NCBI GenBank assembly: GCA_029250425.1
Contig: JAQXFF010000185.1
Location: forward strand, 1-35,277
DNA from: Candidatus Thalassarchaeaceae archaeon
GTDB taxonomy: Archaea; Thermoplasmatota; Poseidoniia; Poseidoniales; Thalassarchaeaceae
Reading direction: 5' to 3'
Length of the DNA: 35,277 nt
Shown one piece after another: positions 28,301-34,622 of the stretch (position 1 is the stretch's first letter; every line of letters begins with the position of its first letter). Below the pieces are notes generated by a model that was given only the letters and a program-made list of their open reading frames with translations, was not told the DNA's origin and made no database searches. The position numbers and the translations under genes are program-made.

Positions 28301-30834
28301 CTACAGCACCCACTAGTGCAGATTTATTGGATCAAACATGGGACGCACGTTTGCCCAATTGGCAGCGCGAAACAATCGACCTGAATTCACATAATGGTCA
28401 ACCACTGGTTGATGGGACTCCCTATTGGGCCGTGATTGTCATTGAATATCCAGATGGTAGCATCGGAGAGCCCAGTTCACCGTTTGGTCCTGCAACTCCA
28501 ACAAACGAAGTCCCCGCTCCACCTGCATGGGCAGATGGAGGACCCGTTCCATACGAGGAGGGTGGCCAAGACGGCGACTTGTTCCTAGAATGGGCACCAT
28601 GCACAGAATTGGATGCAGCAGTGACCAGATTCTGGCCATCGCACCAACCGATTAATGGCAACCCGATTGGATTGCCTCGTAGCTTTGAACTTGCACATGA
28701 CGCAGGAAATAACACGACCATCAGCCCACCCAATGGTGCAGGACATCCATTCTGGGTTGCCTTCACCTGTGTGGATGAGAGTGGGCAACATGATCCTGAA
28801 AATGCCACGATCATCGGCCCAATTGTACCAACTGGGGGCGTTGACGATGGTACAGCCCCATTACCAATTGAGGACATTGATGCATGGGACACCCCCGATG
28901 ATGAGGGTGGCCGAATCAATGTTACTTGGACTGCAAATTTAGAGGAGGATTGTTCATGGTACACCGTATTCATTACTCCAGCAGTATCTGAAAACCCACC
29001 TGATTGGGCAGACGATGCGGACATTGCTAGAATTGTTGTTCCATGTGTGTTCAGACAATCAGATAACTACACAATTGAGGTTGTTATTGACGAGATTGCA
29101 GGAGCCTACCTCATTGATTTGATGCCATATTGGATTACCGTAGTCGCTTCAGATAACTGGGCCAATGTTGATCATTGGAATGTTACATGGGTTCAGGCCT
29201 TCAGTGTGCAGAATACTGTAGGCGTCGACCCACCTCCCCGCGTAGAGGATTTACAGGCTTGGGATCACCCTGACGATGATGGTTCGGCTATCGATGTACA
29301 GTGGTCACCAACAACTGTCAATGACTTTGCCTTCTACACCGTTTGGGCAAGTGAACACCCTCTCGAAAATGTTGCCTTCAAGTGGATGGAATGTGAAGAA
29401 AACCCAGCGGACTGCGGTCTCTTGGTCATTCAGCAGCAGCGCCAATCATGGCAAGGTCCAATGAACATCGTCCTTGAAAAGGCACTGTATGGCGGCAATA
29501 CGCTTGAGGAGTCAACCGCTTCTGACATCATCCCAAATCAACCGATTTGGGTTACAGTAACGATTCATGATATCAAGGGTAACGCATTCTTGACAAACCT
29601 CGGAGAACACATGACATTGGTGACCCCAATTGACAATTCTGGAGACGTCATCGCTCCAGATCGGTTGCCAGAACCAGAAGTTGTGGACAGACCTGATGAT
29701 AATGGCAATGGTTTGCAAGTCGGCTTTTCCATCAGTGATGCAAGCGATTTAGACCACTACGAGATTTATGCAGATACCATTCCATTTACCGACGTAGGAA
29801 ACCGAGAACCAGCATTGATTGTCAACCGAGATGGTGAGATTAGCGGCATCGGGCAGGGCGGTGGATTTGGTCAAGGTGGACCTGGTGGTGGTAGACAGGC
29901 ATCAACGTCAATCACCATCGAACTCACATCATTGTCCACTGGCCGTAATATTGAACCTGGGGTGATGACATGGGTTGCAGTTGTACCTGTTGATTCATCT
30001 GGAAATGCATGGCTAACAGATCTCAATGTGGGTCGAGCTACTGCGATTGATGATAGTCTAACTGACCCGGGTTTGCATCTTCCTGAAATCACTGGAATCA
30101 TCGCAACATGGAATGAGGATCGCGATGAAATAATAGTAGAATGGGATGAATCCAATGACCCACAGGTAGTCGGTTACATCATCCATTTGAACCCTGAGTA
30201 TTTCGAAGATATACGTTCTGCCTTCTATCAATTTGATATGGCACAAGGGACACGTTCTACAATCACTCCAATGCCTTTACCTATGCAAGAGACGAATAAT
30301 CCTGCTCCGTTTGATGTCAATGGGACTTGGTATGTATCCGTGGTTGCATACGACGGAGAAGTCACACGATTTGGAGTCACTTCTGTATCTGTACAGAATT
30401 GGACATCAGATGCCCTAGGGTCAGACGGTGGAATTGACGAAGAAGGTTCGAGTGATTGGTGGAATGAACTCAGCCCAATGGAAATGGCATTGATGGCTGT
30501 TCTCACACTGATGATCATCCTTCTTTCAATGATAATCGTCGGTCGTTTGCGAAAGGCGAACTACAACCCATTACAACATGCTACCCCCAATTGGGAATTA
30601 CAGGTTGAGGATTGGGGCGGTGACAATTATGAGACTACAATGGAACCTGAAGTGAACTTTGGTGATACTTTGACGCCTGCGGCAACAACAATCAAGGAAA
30701 CCGTATCGCCACCTGCGAATTTCACACCTTCATCCCCTCCCATGGATGATCTTGAATCACTCGCAGGTGACCTTCTTGGAGAATCAGCAAAGGAAGATTC
30801 GTTGGACACTTCGTTCCTCGATGATTTGCTGTGA
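22324..30834 (+). CDS. Giant (2836 aa) cell-surface protein: signal peptide, multiple beta-propeller-like repeats, six FN3-like modules, C-terminal TM anchor and acidic tail
   Basis: N-terminal signal peptide, MTTASRRHAFTLVSLMILASWTPLAALPTASA. Dozens of blade-like repeats of the form hhhGT..G+hhYD (LYVGTEDAGVLQM, AYLGTNNQGVERIDI, AYIGYDGIGILRYDL, VLFGTESGVERYDY, VYIATLAGIGVWNL ...), resembling two-component-regulator propeller repeats. TM helix MALMAVLTLMIILLSMIIVG followed by RLRK, at nt ~30478-30546. Confidence 0.9.
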   Translation: MTTASRRHAFTLVSLMILASWTPLAALPTASAHVGIVAEWGSEGSNDTGWLRMDATGADVSTGQMAMSNLMLDFAPGAEISNLSFEVRVNGSNGTWIEEPQLFLPDAPASVLDWRGLGSLGQQNDFMNGDPHSGRLSPNSDANAGWVLPGGSTVTDVVIEALRPADAYITTYRFDMDIQDSVLHPDDGRLYVIANNSIIQIDANNNPEMIHGFDTEQNCEEPLDLAIDAAEAHLHVTCSGGSINVYSLDDSSLIGNYSSPFGETIHQIESVGPGYLVASNGRTLWQVTIGANLASTWVDVGTLSTSDGITPATDILVVSTDVWIATDGAGLFHYSGGGMGIQQYDSQNVLPSDSVVDLEIAGTYLLIGLADAGVARRDLSSGNWVATWNTGNWLLSDDVKSISSVQGWVHILADDVVYSYNTTSLSFSSTWTISDLGLARTTGQSLIPWPSGGSRSPLNHSVLVGDGSGTFAILEPHSPGHGSNQGSWDQLVLASGPSVTEMNAAVELNGILYISGSHEDEGNTIERFNIAQYRWMPSISVPSVGDILCLATDGTDLYVGTEDAGVLQMTSAQQGGPIVMSNQSWDTSTGLSANEVNGLGHDVLTGQMIAIHPVSGMSIIDTNSTVVNQTWTTTNGGLATNQMNSLAVRGGIAYLGTNNQGVERIDIDNSTRLSPWTSTGLDDLDSMPIAIDDETLYLGIYGYGVLVYNVSSGEQTDLWQRRGGNGGPGGGNNNQIPSNNVLSLAVLSPGTVLVGTMNGGARHTSSGWTSMGNTGNEFADEFYDWDFDNQYIYAATETGACQWSRSNLAFQKCWDDNPDGLPAQFVYAVELIEPNRLWVGHYEGAGVIDTANDTVIKAWQAGTETNNAKTVVIGDIAYIGYDGIGILRYDLTTDEWLSPWDSATSNLLESNGVTAMVQDINPNRLWVGGDMGLNLIDVVNGTLEEDWDSGANSGGITLSNQEPAELVIVGDTMYYLQVRFGNNGYSSNDNVYRYDVANMTQLSTLDVGDEEGSSGILHGMGAVGDIIHFGMSDTQQWWESGYMMRWNHTSSSWMGSIEASGQVERVNAQFAGDCDPTPTNCHLYAAYGDTPLHQVDMNGTLVRSWDNSVIEGPIRGIVTWDGTVLFGTESGVERYDYNNNTWLSTWEENNGLPNNVEETVYSMKAIGDDLWISTMGSSGWNRNSNILQLNGTTGQWTVHDVGSGSIPEGYGADIGVCNDIVHVALNRWAQWGSQGGVARYNVATSTWLNDWSQGQNGLPHDNAVAIACDEAYGIVYIGFEEDDGSIARYDYVNSRFLAELDEDDNTISEPIFPGAMIHFGGGLLAGHYDGGGITFIGTTGQIVTRVIPFSQGDEATSIVHVPGGQVYEFAIGRAGGSSGYNRVDNLDANGLFPGAWDNLATLSTGRIGEFTGNSTHIWAAPIDDYYSTYGSAILEGEYQANGSIEWNRAWNLNSELVNEMTLDGNTLWITTAGLGLHQINLTTGVYNYTGYPLHGQMDGLAWYGNELVVGLMGTPSTAAGVQRYDTSTGQWGAGKISAGLPSNYVRDFEKIGDHVYIATLAGIGVWNLSADDWEDPMTTADGLPTPFINHLESSNGVLIMGTPAGILTYDPASDSLSTMFGRSQGMVGNSVAGFAPISSSTGALTIFTSHDGEGPTRPGFSEVSVTASTVVGPGGISTSLTFNVLDTTLIDVLPSNDITALASDWWGVHIATDEGPMMHWNGAAAEMEQGAPRSAFADWPVRHMTSDGQNILALSNFGIDRIDPSSPLHTSTRLTTYANLGSSVITQNAIFAVGADGLHIWGQSPAFVKHDRSSILRAEPLMINFGGTAFDVTDQARPGNEIVLINSSNPVTLPMFGTAGPANIPMTQDMLVISSPIGGAATWAASTRLNYSGSWDLAELNANLETLVQSAISNSALSINGRSLHLQLQSPRNGSLEVRLTYDWVRIESPSEMIDLFDRPNDGGGNLTAQWTVTQDHSFAAYRIYLRPGTNWTTAPTSADLLDQTWDARLPNWQRETIDLNSHNGQPLVDGTPYWAVIVIEYPDGSIGEPSSPFGPATPTNEVPAPPAWADGGPVPYEEGGQDGDLFLEWAPCTELDAAVTRFWPSHQPINGNPIGLPRSFELAHDAGNNTTISPPNGAGHPFWVAFTCVDESGQHDPENATIIGPIVPTGGVDDGTAPLPIEDIDAWDTPDDEGGRINVTWTANLEEDCSWYTVFITPAVSENPPDWADDADIARIVVPCVFRQSDNYTIEVVIDEIAGAYLIDLMPYWITVVASDNWANVDHWNVTWVQAFSVQNTVGVDPPPRVEDLQAWDHPDDDGSAIDVQWSPTTVNDFAFYTVWASEHPLENVAFKWMECEENPADCGLLVIQQQRQSWQGPMNIVLEKALYGGNTLEESTASDIIPNQPIWVTVTIHDIKGNAFLTNLGEHMTLVTPIDNSGDVIAPDRLPEPEVVDRPDDNGNGLQVGFSISDASDLDHYEIYADTIPFTDVGNREPALIVNRDGEISGIGQGGGFGQGGPGGGRQASTSITIELTSLSTGRNIEPGVMTWVAVVPVDSSGNAWLTDLNVGRATAIDDSLTDPGLHLPEITGIIATWNEDRDEIIVEWDESNDPQVVGYIIHLNPEYFEDIRSAFYQFDMAQGTRSTITPMPLPMQETNNPAPFDVNGTWYVSVVAYDGEVTRFGVTSVSVQNWTSDALGSDGGIDEEGSSDWWNELSPMEMALMAVLTLMIILLSMIIVGRLRKANYNPLQHATPNWELQVEDWGGDNYETTMEPEVNFGDTLTPAATTIKETVSPPANFTPSSPPMDDLESLAGDLLGESAKEDSLDTSFLDDLL
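28195..30420 (+). repeat. Six tandem ~110-140-aa FN3/Ig-like modules within the giant ORF
   Basis: A recurrent module start, D-x-P-[ND]-D-x-G..[IL].V.W...., followed by an aromatic-Y/W-x-[IV]-[YFW] strand. The copies are DRPNDGGGNLTAQW..AAYRIYL (nt 28195), EEGGQDGDLFLEW (about 28555), DTPDDEGGRINVTW..SWYTVFI (28888), DHPDDDGSAIDVQW..AFYTVWA (29263), DRPDDNGNGLQVGF..DHYEIYA (29686) and WNEDRDEIIVEW..VGYIIHL (30106). Confidence 0.75.
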
Positions 30835-30883
30835 GTCAGAGGCGTGCTTTGAAGCCCAGTAGAACATACGGAGGCTGAGTCCT

Positions 30884-31627
30884 ATGGATGACAGCACATC
30901 GATTGGTGCATCGGTATTCACCACATTGCGTTGGAAGGATGGGCATGTCGCATGGCTAGAGAACCACCTACAACGCCTTCGTTCACATGCAGATAGACTT
31001 GGAATTACATGGCCAGCCGATTTCCGCGAACGCCTCGCGAGTACCCAGCCAACAGGTGAGGGGAACCTCTGCCGGATACAATTGAGCCGAGAAGGCAGCA
31101 TTACCGTTTCACTTAGGGGCACAAAATATTCACCCTCACCATTGTGTGCAGTATCGCATACAGCCCCCCGTTTTACTCGAAAGGTGCAAGGGACGAAACA
31201 TGCTGATTGGACACCTTACCAAGATGCGCGTAGTGTAGCGGTGAGTGCAGGTGCGGATATTGCATTGCTCGTTCATGATGGCGTGGTTGTTGATGGCGAT
31301 CGGTGCACACCAATCATTCTCGATTCAGATGGTGTAGCATTTGCTCCATCGGTGGATGGTGGTGGAATTGATTCCATCACACTCAGTATTTTGGCTCCTG
31401 CAATTGAATCCGCAGGCATCCCATTTCGATATGCTCGTTTGACTGAAAAATTACTGGGTCGTGCGAGTGAATTAATTGTTGTTGGAACCGGTGTGGGTGT
31501 TGCTTGGCTTGACGAAATAGACACTCAAAATGTGGGTTCTGGTTTACCCGGGCCTCTGTACGAAACTTGTAGTGCTGCCTTTGATACTGCACTTGCTGAT
31601 GCTTGGACTTCATTGGATGTGAGTTGA
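30884..31627 (+). CDS. pabC: Class IV aminotransferase-fold protein, probable aminodeoxychorismate lyase
   Basis: 247 aa with GGAGG 9 nt upstream of the ATG. LRWKDGHVAWLENHLQRL resembles the PabC N-terminus. The candidate PLP lysine is in GTKHADW. It lies directly upstream of, and overlaps, the PabB-PabA fusion. Confidence 0.65.
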   Translation: MDDSTSIGASVFTTLRWKDGHVAWLENHLQRLRSHADRLGITWPADFRERLASTQPTGEGNLCRIQLSREGSITVSLRGTKYSPSPLCAVSHTAPRFTRKVQGTKHADWTPYQDARSVAVSAGADIALLVHDGVVVDGDRCTPIILDSDGVAFAPSVDGGGIDSITLSILAPAIESAGIPFRYARLTEKLLGRASELIVVGTGVGVAWLDEIDTQNVGSGLPGPLYETCSAAFDTALADAWTSLDVS

Positions 31628-33861
31628 TGAAGTCAATCAGTGTAGTCACAGATCGAAATGATTTCACCCTTGATCTATTGGTCAAACTTCGACAAGAGAA
31701 ACTTAGCAGTAAATATGGCGCACCTGATGAATTACTTCTTCATTCAGGGGGCCCACAAAGTGACCTTGCTCAACGCAGTTTGTTGATGGGGCCTGCCAAT
31801 TGCAGATACATTGTTCGACAACAACCAGTGGAATCTGAACAGAGGGTTGGGTCAGCACTTAGAGGGGAAATCGATATTCAAGCACATCCAACTCCATTAC
31901 AAATTCACATTGAAGATTGGGATGAGGGGTGGCACAGTCGTGAAATCATTACAGGTTCAAATCTAGCAGATGGCTTGCGTCAGTTGTCCAAGACATTATT
32001 GCCATCCATTGAGGATGGGTTTCAAGCTGGTGGTTTTGCAGGATTATTGACCTATGATATGGTACAGCATACTGAACCATTGCGTTTGCAACATACACCT
32101 GCTGATGAATCAATATTGATGATTCTTTATCGAGCAGATCGGTGGATTATACACAATCACCTTGATGCATCAATTTCAATCCAATCGGCAATAATTGATG
32201 ATCAATGGGTCGCCGAAGTCGAATCAATTCTGAATTCAGGTATATCCCCCAGGGGTCCACCTTCGCCCCCGCGCGCGAGAATACCAGAAACAGAATCGGA
32301 TGCAGAACACGCTGAAAAAGTCCGAATAACGCAGGCCGCAATCCGTGAAGGTGTCTTGTATCAGTTGAATTACGGACGCAAATGGTCGGCTGAAATTGAG
32401 TCTCCATGGGACGTATTCGACCGTTTAGAAAGAGACAACCCAGCACCCCTTTCGAGTTGGTTACATTCTCCAGATTTGCAACTCGCTATTGCCAGTAGTA
32501 GTCCGGAATTATTGCTTAAGCAAGATGGGAAAACAGTTTCAACACGTCCAATCAAAGGCACACGCCCACGTGGAGATGATTCTGAGCACGATGCAAATTT
32601 ACGCGGTGAATTGGTTGGCAGCCGAAAGGAAATCGCGGAACATCTCATGCTTGTAGATCTTGAGCGCAACGACCTTGGCCGGATTTGTTTGCCTGGAAGT
32701 GTTCATTGGAAAAGGTGGAGAATTGAATCATATCCACATGTTCAGCATATGGTTAGTGAAGTTGAGGGCACATTGAATGAAAATATGGATGGTTTTGACG
32801 CTCTACAATCTGTATTCCCAGGAGGGAGTATCACAGGCTGTCCAAAGAGTGCCACTATTGCAGCAATCGATGAATTGGAAGCGACACCTAGGCACGCATG
32901 GACGGGCTCAATTGGACACATCGACCCTCGAACGGGACAATCACAGTGGAATATCCTAATCCGTACTTTAGAAGCGAAATTCGATGGTGAGGCTTGGCAA
33001 GCTACTGTACAAGCAGGCGGAGGTTTGGTCATTGGGTCCAATCCATGGCAGGAGGTTGAAGAAGCTAAATGGAAGGCCCAAGCAATTTGTCGAGCAGCAT
33101 GGGATCATTCTCCAGCTGGTGCGACGATTCATTCTCCTAGAGGCACCTCTTCTCTGAATATTCACCCAATTCCGCCAGTAACAGCAGCAGTGCAACATCT
33201 GCTTGCCAGCCGGAATTCTAGTTTAATTCCCCTTTCACCACCAGACGTCCCTGATCCAATTGTTTGGTACCCTGGACTTTCACTGGCTCCAACTACGGGT
33301 AAACGAGTTCTGTTTGTTGACAATTTGGATTCTTTTTCATGGAACATTGTACACGCGTTTGCAACAATAGGTGCAGAAGTCATCATTGTCCCAGGGCGTT
33401 TGGAAATCGATGAGTCAACCTCTTTGTTGGAATCTCTAAACCCTACACACATTGTCCTTGGTCCAGGACCTGGGAGACCTGAGCAATCAGTTCTCACGAT
33501 GGCTTTGGCGCATGCTGCATTGATTGGGCAAACCCCTCCTATTCTCGGGGTTTGTCTTGGTCATCAAGCGATTGGGCTGGCTGCGGGTTGGACACTTACT
33601 CAAACAGAATATGGTGCTGTTCATGGTGTGCCTGACGGGATTCTTACAGGAACTCACTATCATGTGATGACCCGGTATCACAGTCTTGCACTCAAGCCGA
33701 CAAACAATTGTCTAGATGTCACATCTACAGATGCTGCCACCAATCAAATCGTCATGGCATTGACACATCCTGAATTACCAATATTCGGCGTTCAGTACCA
33801 CCCTGAATCGGCAGGTTCGGCCAATGGAACATCAATCTTCGAGGACTTCCTTGGTCAGTAG
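31627..33861 (+). CDS. pabB: Aminodeoxychorismate synthase, fused component I (PabB, N-terminal) and glutamine amidotransferase (PabA, C-terminal)
   Basis: Chorismate-binding motifs SSPELLL, RPIKGTRPRG (Lys as in PabB rather than Ala as in TrpE), LMLVDLERNDLGR, FPGGSITGCPK. The GATase part has LGPGPGRP, GVCLGHQAIG and GVQYHPES. I prefer the ATG at 31627, which overlaps the pabC stop (TGATG); the ORF track starts at a TTG at 31603. Confidence 0.88.
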   Translation: MKSISVVTDRNDFTLDLLVKLRQEKLSSKYGAPDELLLHSGGPQSDLAQRSLLMGPANCRYIVRQQPVESEQRVGSALRGEIDIQAHPTPLQIHIEDWDEGWHSREIITGSNLADGLRQLSKTLLPSIEDGFQAGGFAGLLTYDMVQHTEPLRLQHTPADESILMILYRADRWIIHNHLDASISIQSAIIDDQWVAEVESILNSGISPRGPPSPPRARIPETESDAEHAEKVRITQAAIREGVLYQLNYGRKWSAEIESPWDVFDRLERDNPAPLSSWLHSPDLQLAIASSSPELLLKQDGKTVSTRPIKGTRPRGDDSEHDANLRGELVGSRKEIAEHLMLVDLERNDLGRICLPGSVHWKRWRIESYPHVQHMVSEVEGTLNENMDGFDALQSVFPGGSITGCPKSATIAAIDELEATPRHAWTGSIGHIDPRTGQSQWNILIRTLEAKFDGEAWQATVQAGGGLVIGSNPWQEVEEAKWKAQAICRAAWDHSPAGATIHSPRGTSSLNIHPIPPVTAAVQHLLASRNSSLIPLSPPDVPDPIVWYPGLSLAPTTGKRVLFVDNLDSFSWNIVHAFATIGAEVIIVPGRLEIDESTSLLESLNPTHIVLGPGPGRPEQSVLTMALAHAALIGQTPPILGVCLGHQAIGLAAGWTLTQTEYGAVHGVPDGILTGTHYHVMTRYHSLALKPTNNCLDVTSTDAATNQIVMALTHPELPIFGVQYHPESAGSANGTSIFEDFLGQ

Positions 33862-33904
33862 AACTACGAAGTGTTCAAGATATGTCTTCGGCTCGAACCG
33901 TTTG

Positions 33905-34267
33905 ATGGCAACTTGTCGCCTATGCAAAGGGCAGTATCCAACGGACCAATTCATTGATGGAAATGGCCCTCGACACTTGGTCTGTGTCCGCTGTGCGGTT
34001 GAAGAAGGATATCTACCAGCAGAAGATGTTCCAAACCTCTACGATGAGCGAACTGCATTGGCCCGGATGTCTTTATTCGCTAGACGCTATGGATCAATTT
34101 TCTGGCTATTTGGTGGTTGGATCATATGGGTTCTTTTCTTCCAAGGCATCGAGTTGTGGGGCAATTTACTCCTTGTCGCTTTGTTATTGTCAACTCTCTT
34201 GGTTCCAGTTTTGTTCTTTTTACGAACTGCTAAATTCCGTGCACAACTTCGTCAATTAACCCCGTAA
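33905..34267 (+). CDS. Small membrane protein with N-terminal CxxC...CxxC zinc-ribbon and two TM helices
   Basis: From the ATG at 33905: MATCRLCKGQ...HLVCVRCAVE, then the hydrophobic segments IFWLFGGWIIWVLFF and LLLVALLLSTLLVPVLFFL. Confidence 0.5.
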   Translation: MATCRLCKGQYPTDQFIDGNGPRHLVCVRCAVEEGYLPAEDVPNLYDERTALARMSLFARRYGSIFWLFGGWIIWVLFFQGIELWGNLLLVALLLSTLLVPVLFFLRTAKFRAQLRQLTP

Positions 34268-34622
34268 TAGGCATTTTGTCAGTTTGGGGCTGTTGAGGCA
34301 ATCGAACATATTGTTGATATAGGGTCAGTTCAAGCGGTAGGTTAGAGGGAACACCGGGTTCCCTATGAATGAACAGTGACAGAATTGACTGCAATTGGGG
34401 GCATAAACAAGATACTGCAAGGAAATATGGAAGGCGAGCAAGTCTCGTTGGAGCGTGAAACCGCACCATATTTCTGGACAGATAGTTGCGATAAGACCCA
34501 GCGCAAGCATTCGAACCCACAGATCCTCCCAGAGAGTTTGTCAGAAAAGCTGGCTTTTCCTGGAAAGAGAGAACAGTGGGTTCTCTGAAAATGGTTTACA
34601 AAAAAAAAGGAAGTGAAATGAA

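Noticed and set aside
27192-29024. Long antisense ORFs inside the giant gene (27192-27632, 146 aa; 28422-29024, 200 aa; several others of 60-100 aa)
   Set aside because: They lie entirely within the 8.5-kb plus-strand frame, which has consistent domain structure. They show low-complexity Pro/Ser/Gly composition typical of shadow frames.
34500-34530. tRNA or tRNA fragment suggested by GGTTCGAAT on the minus strand
   Set aside because: The flanking 5-mers (GTGGG / GCTTG) do not pair as a T stem, and no acceptor or anticodon arms can be drawn.
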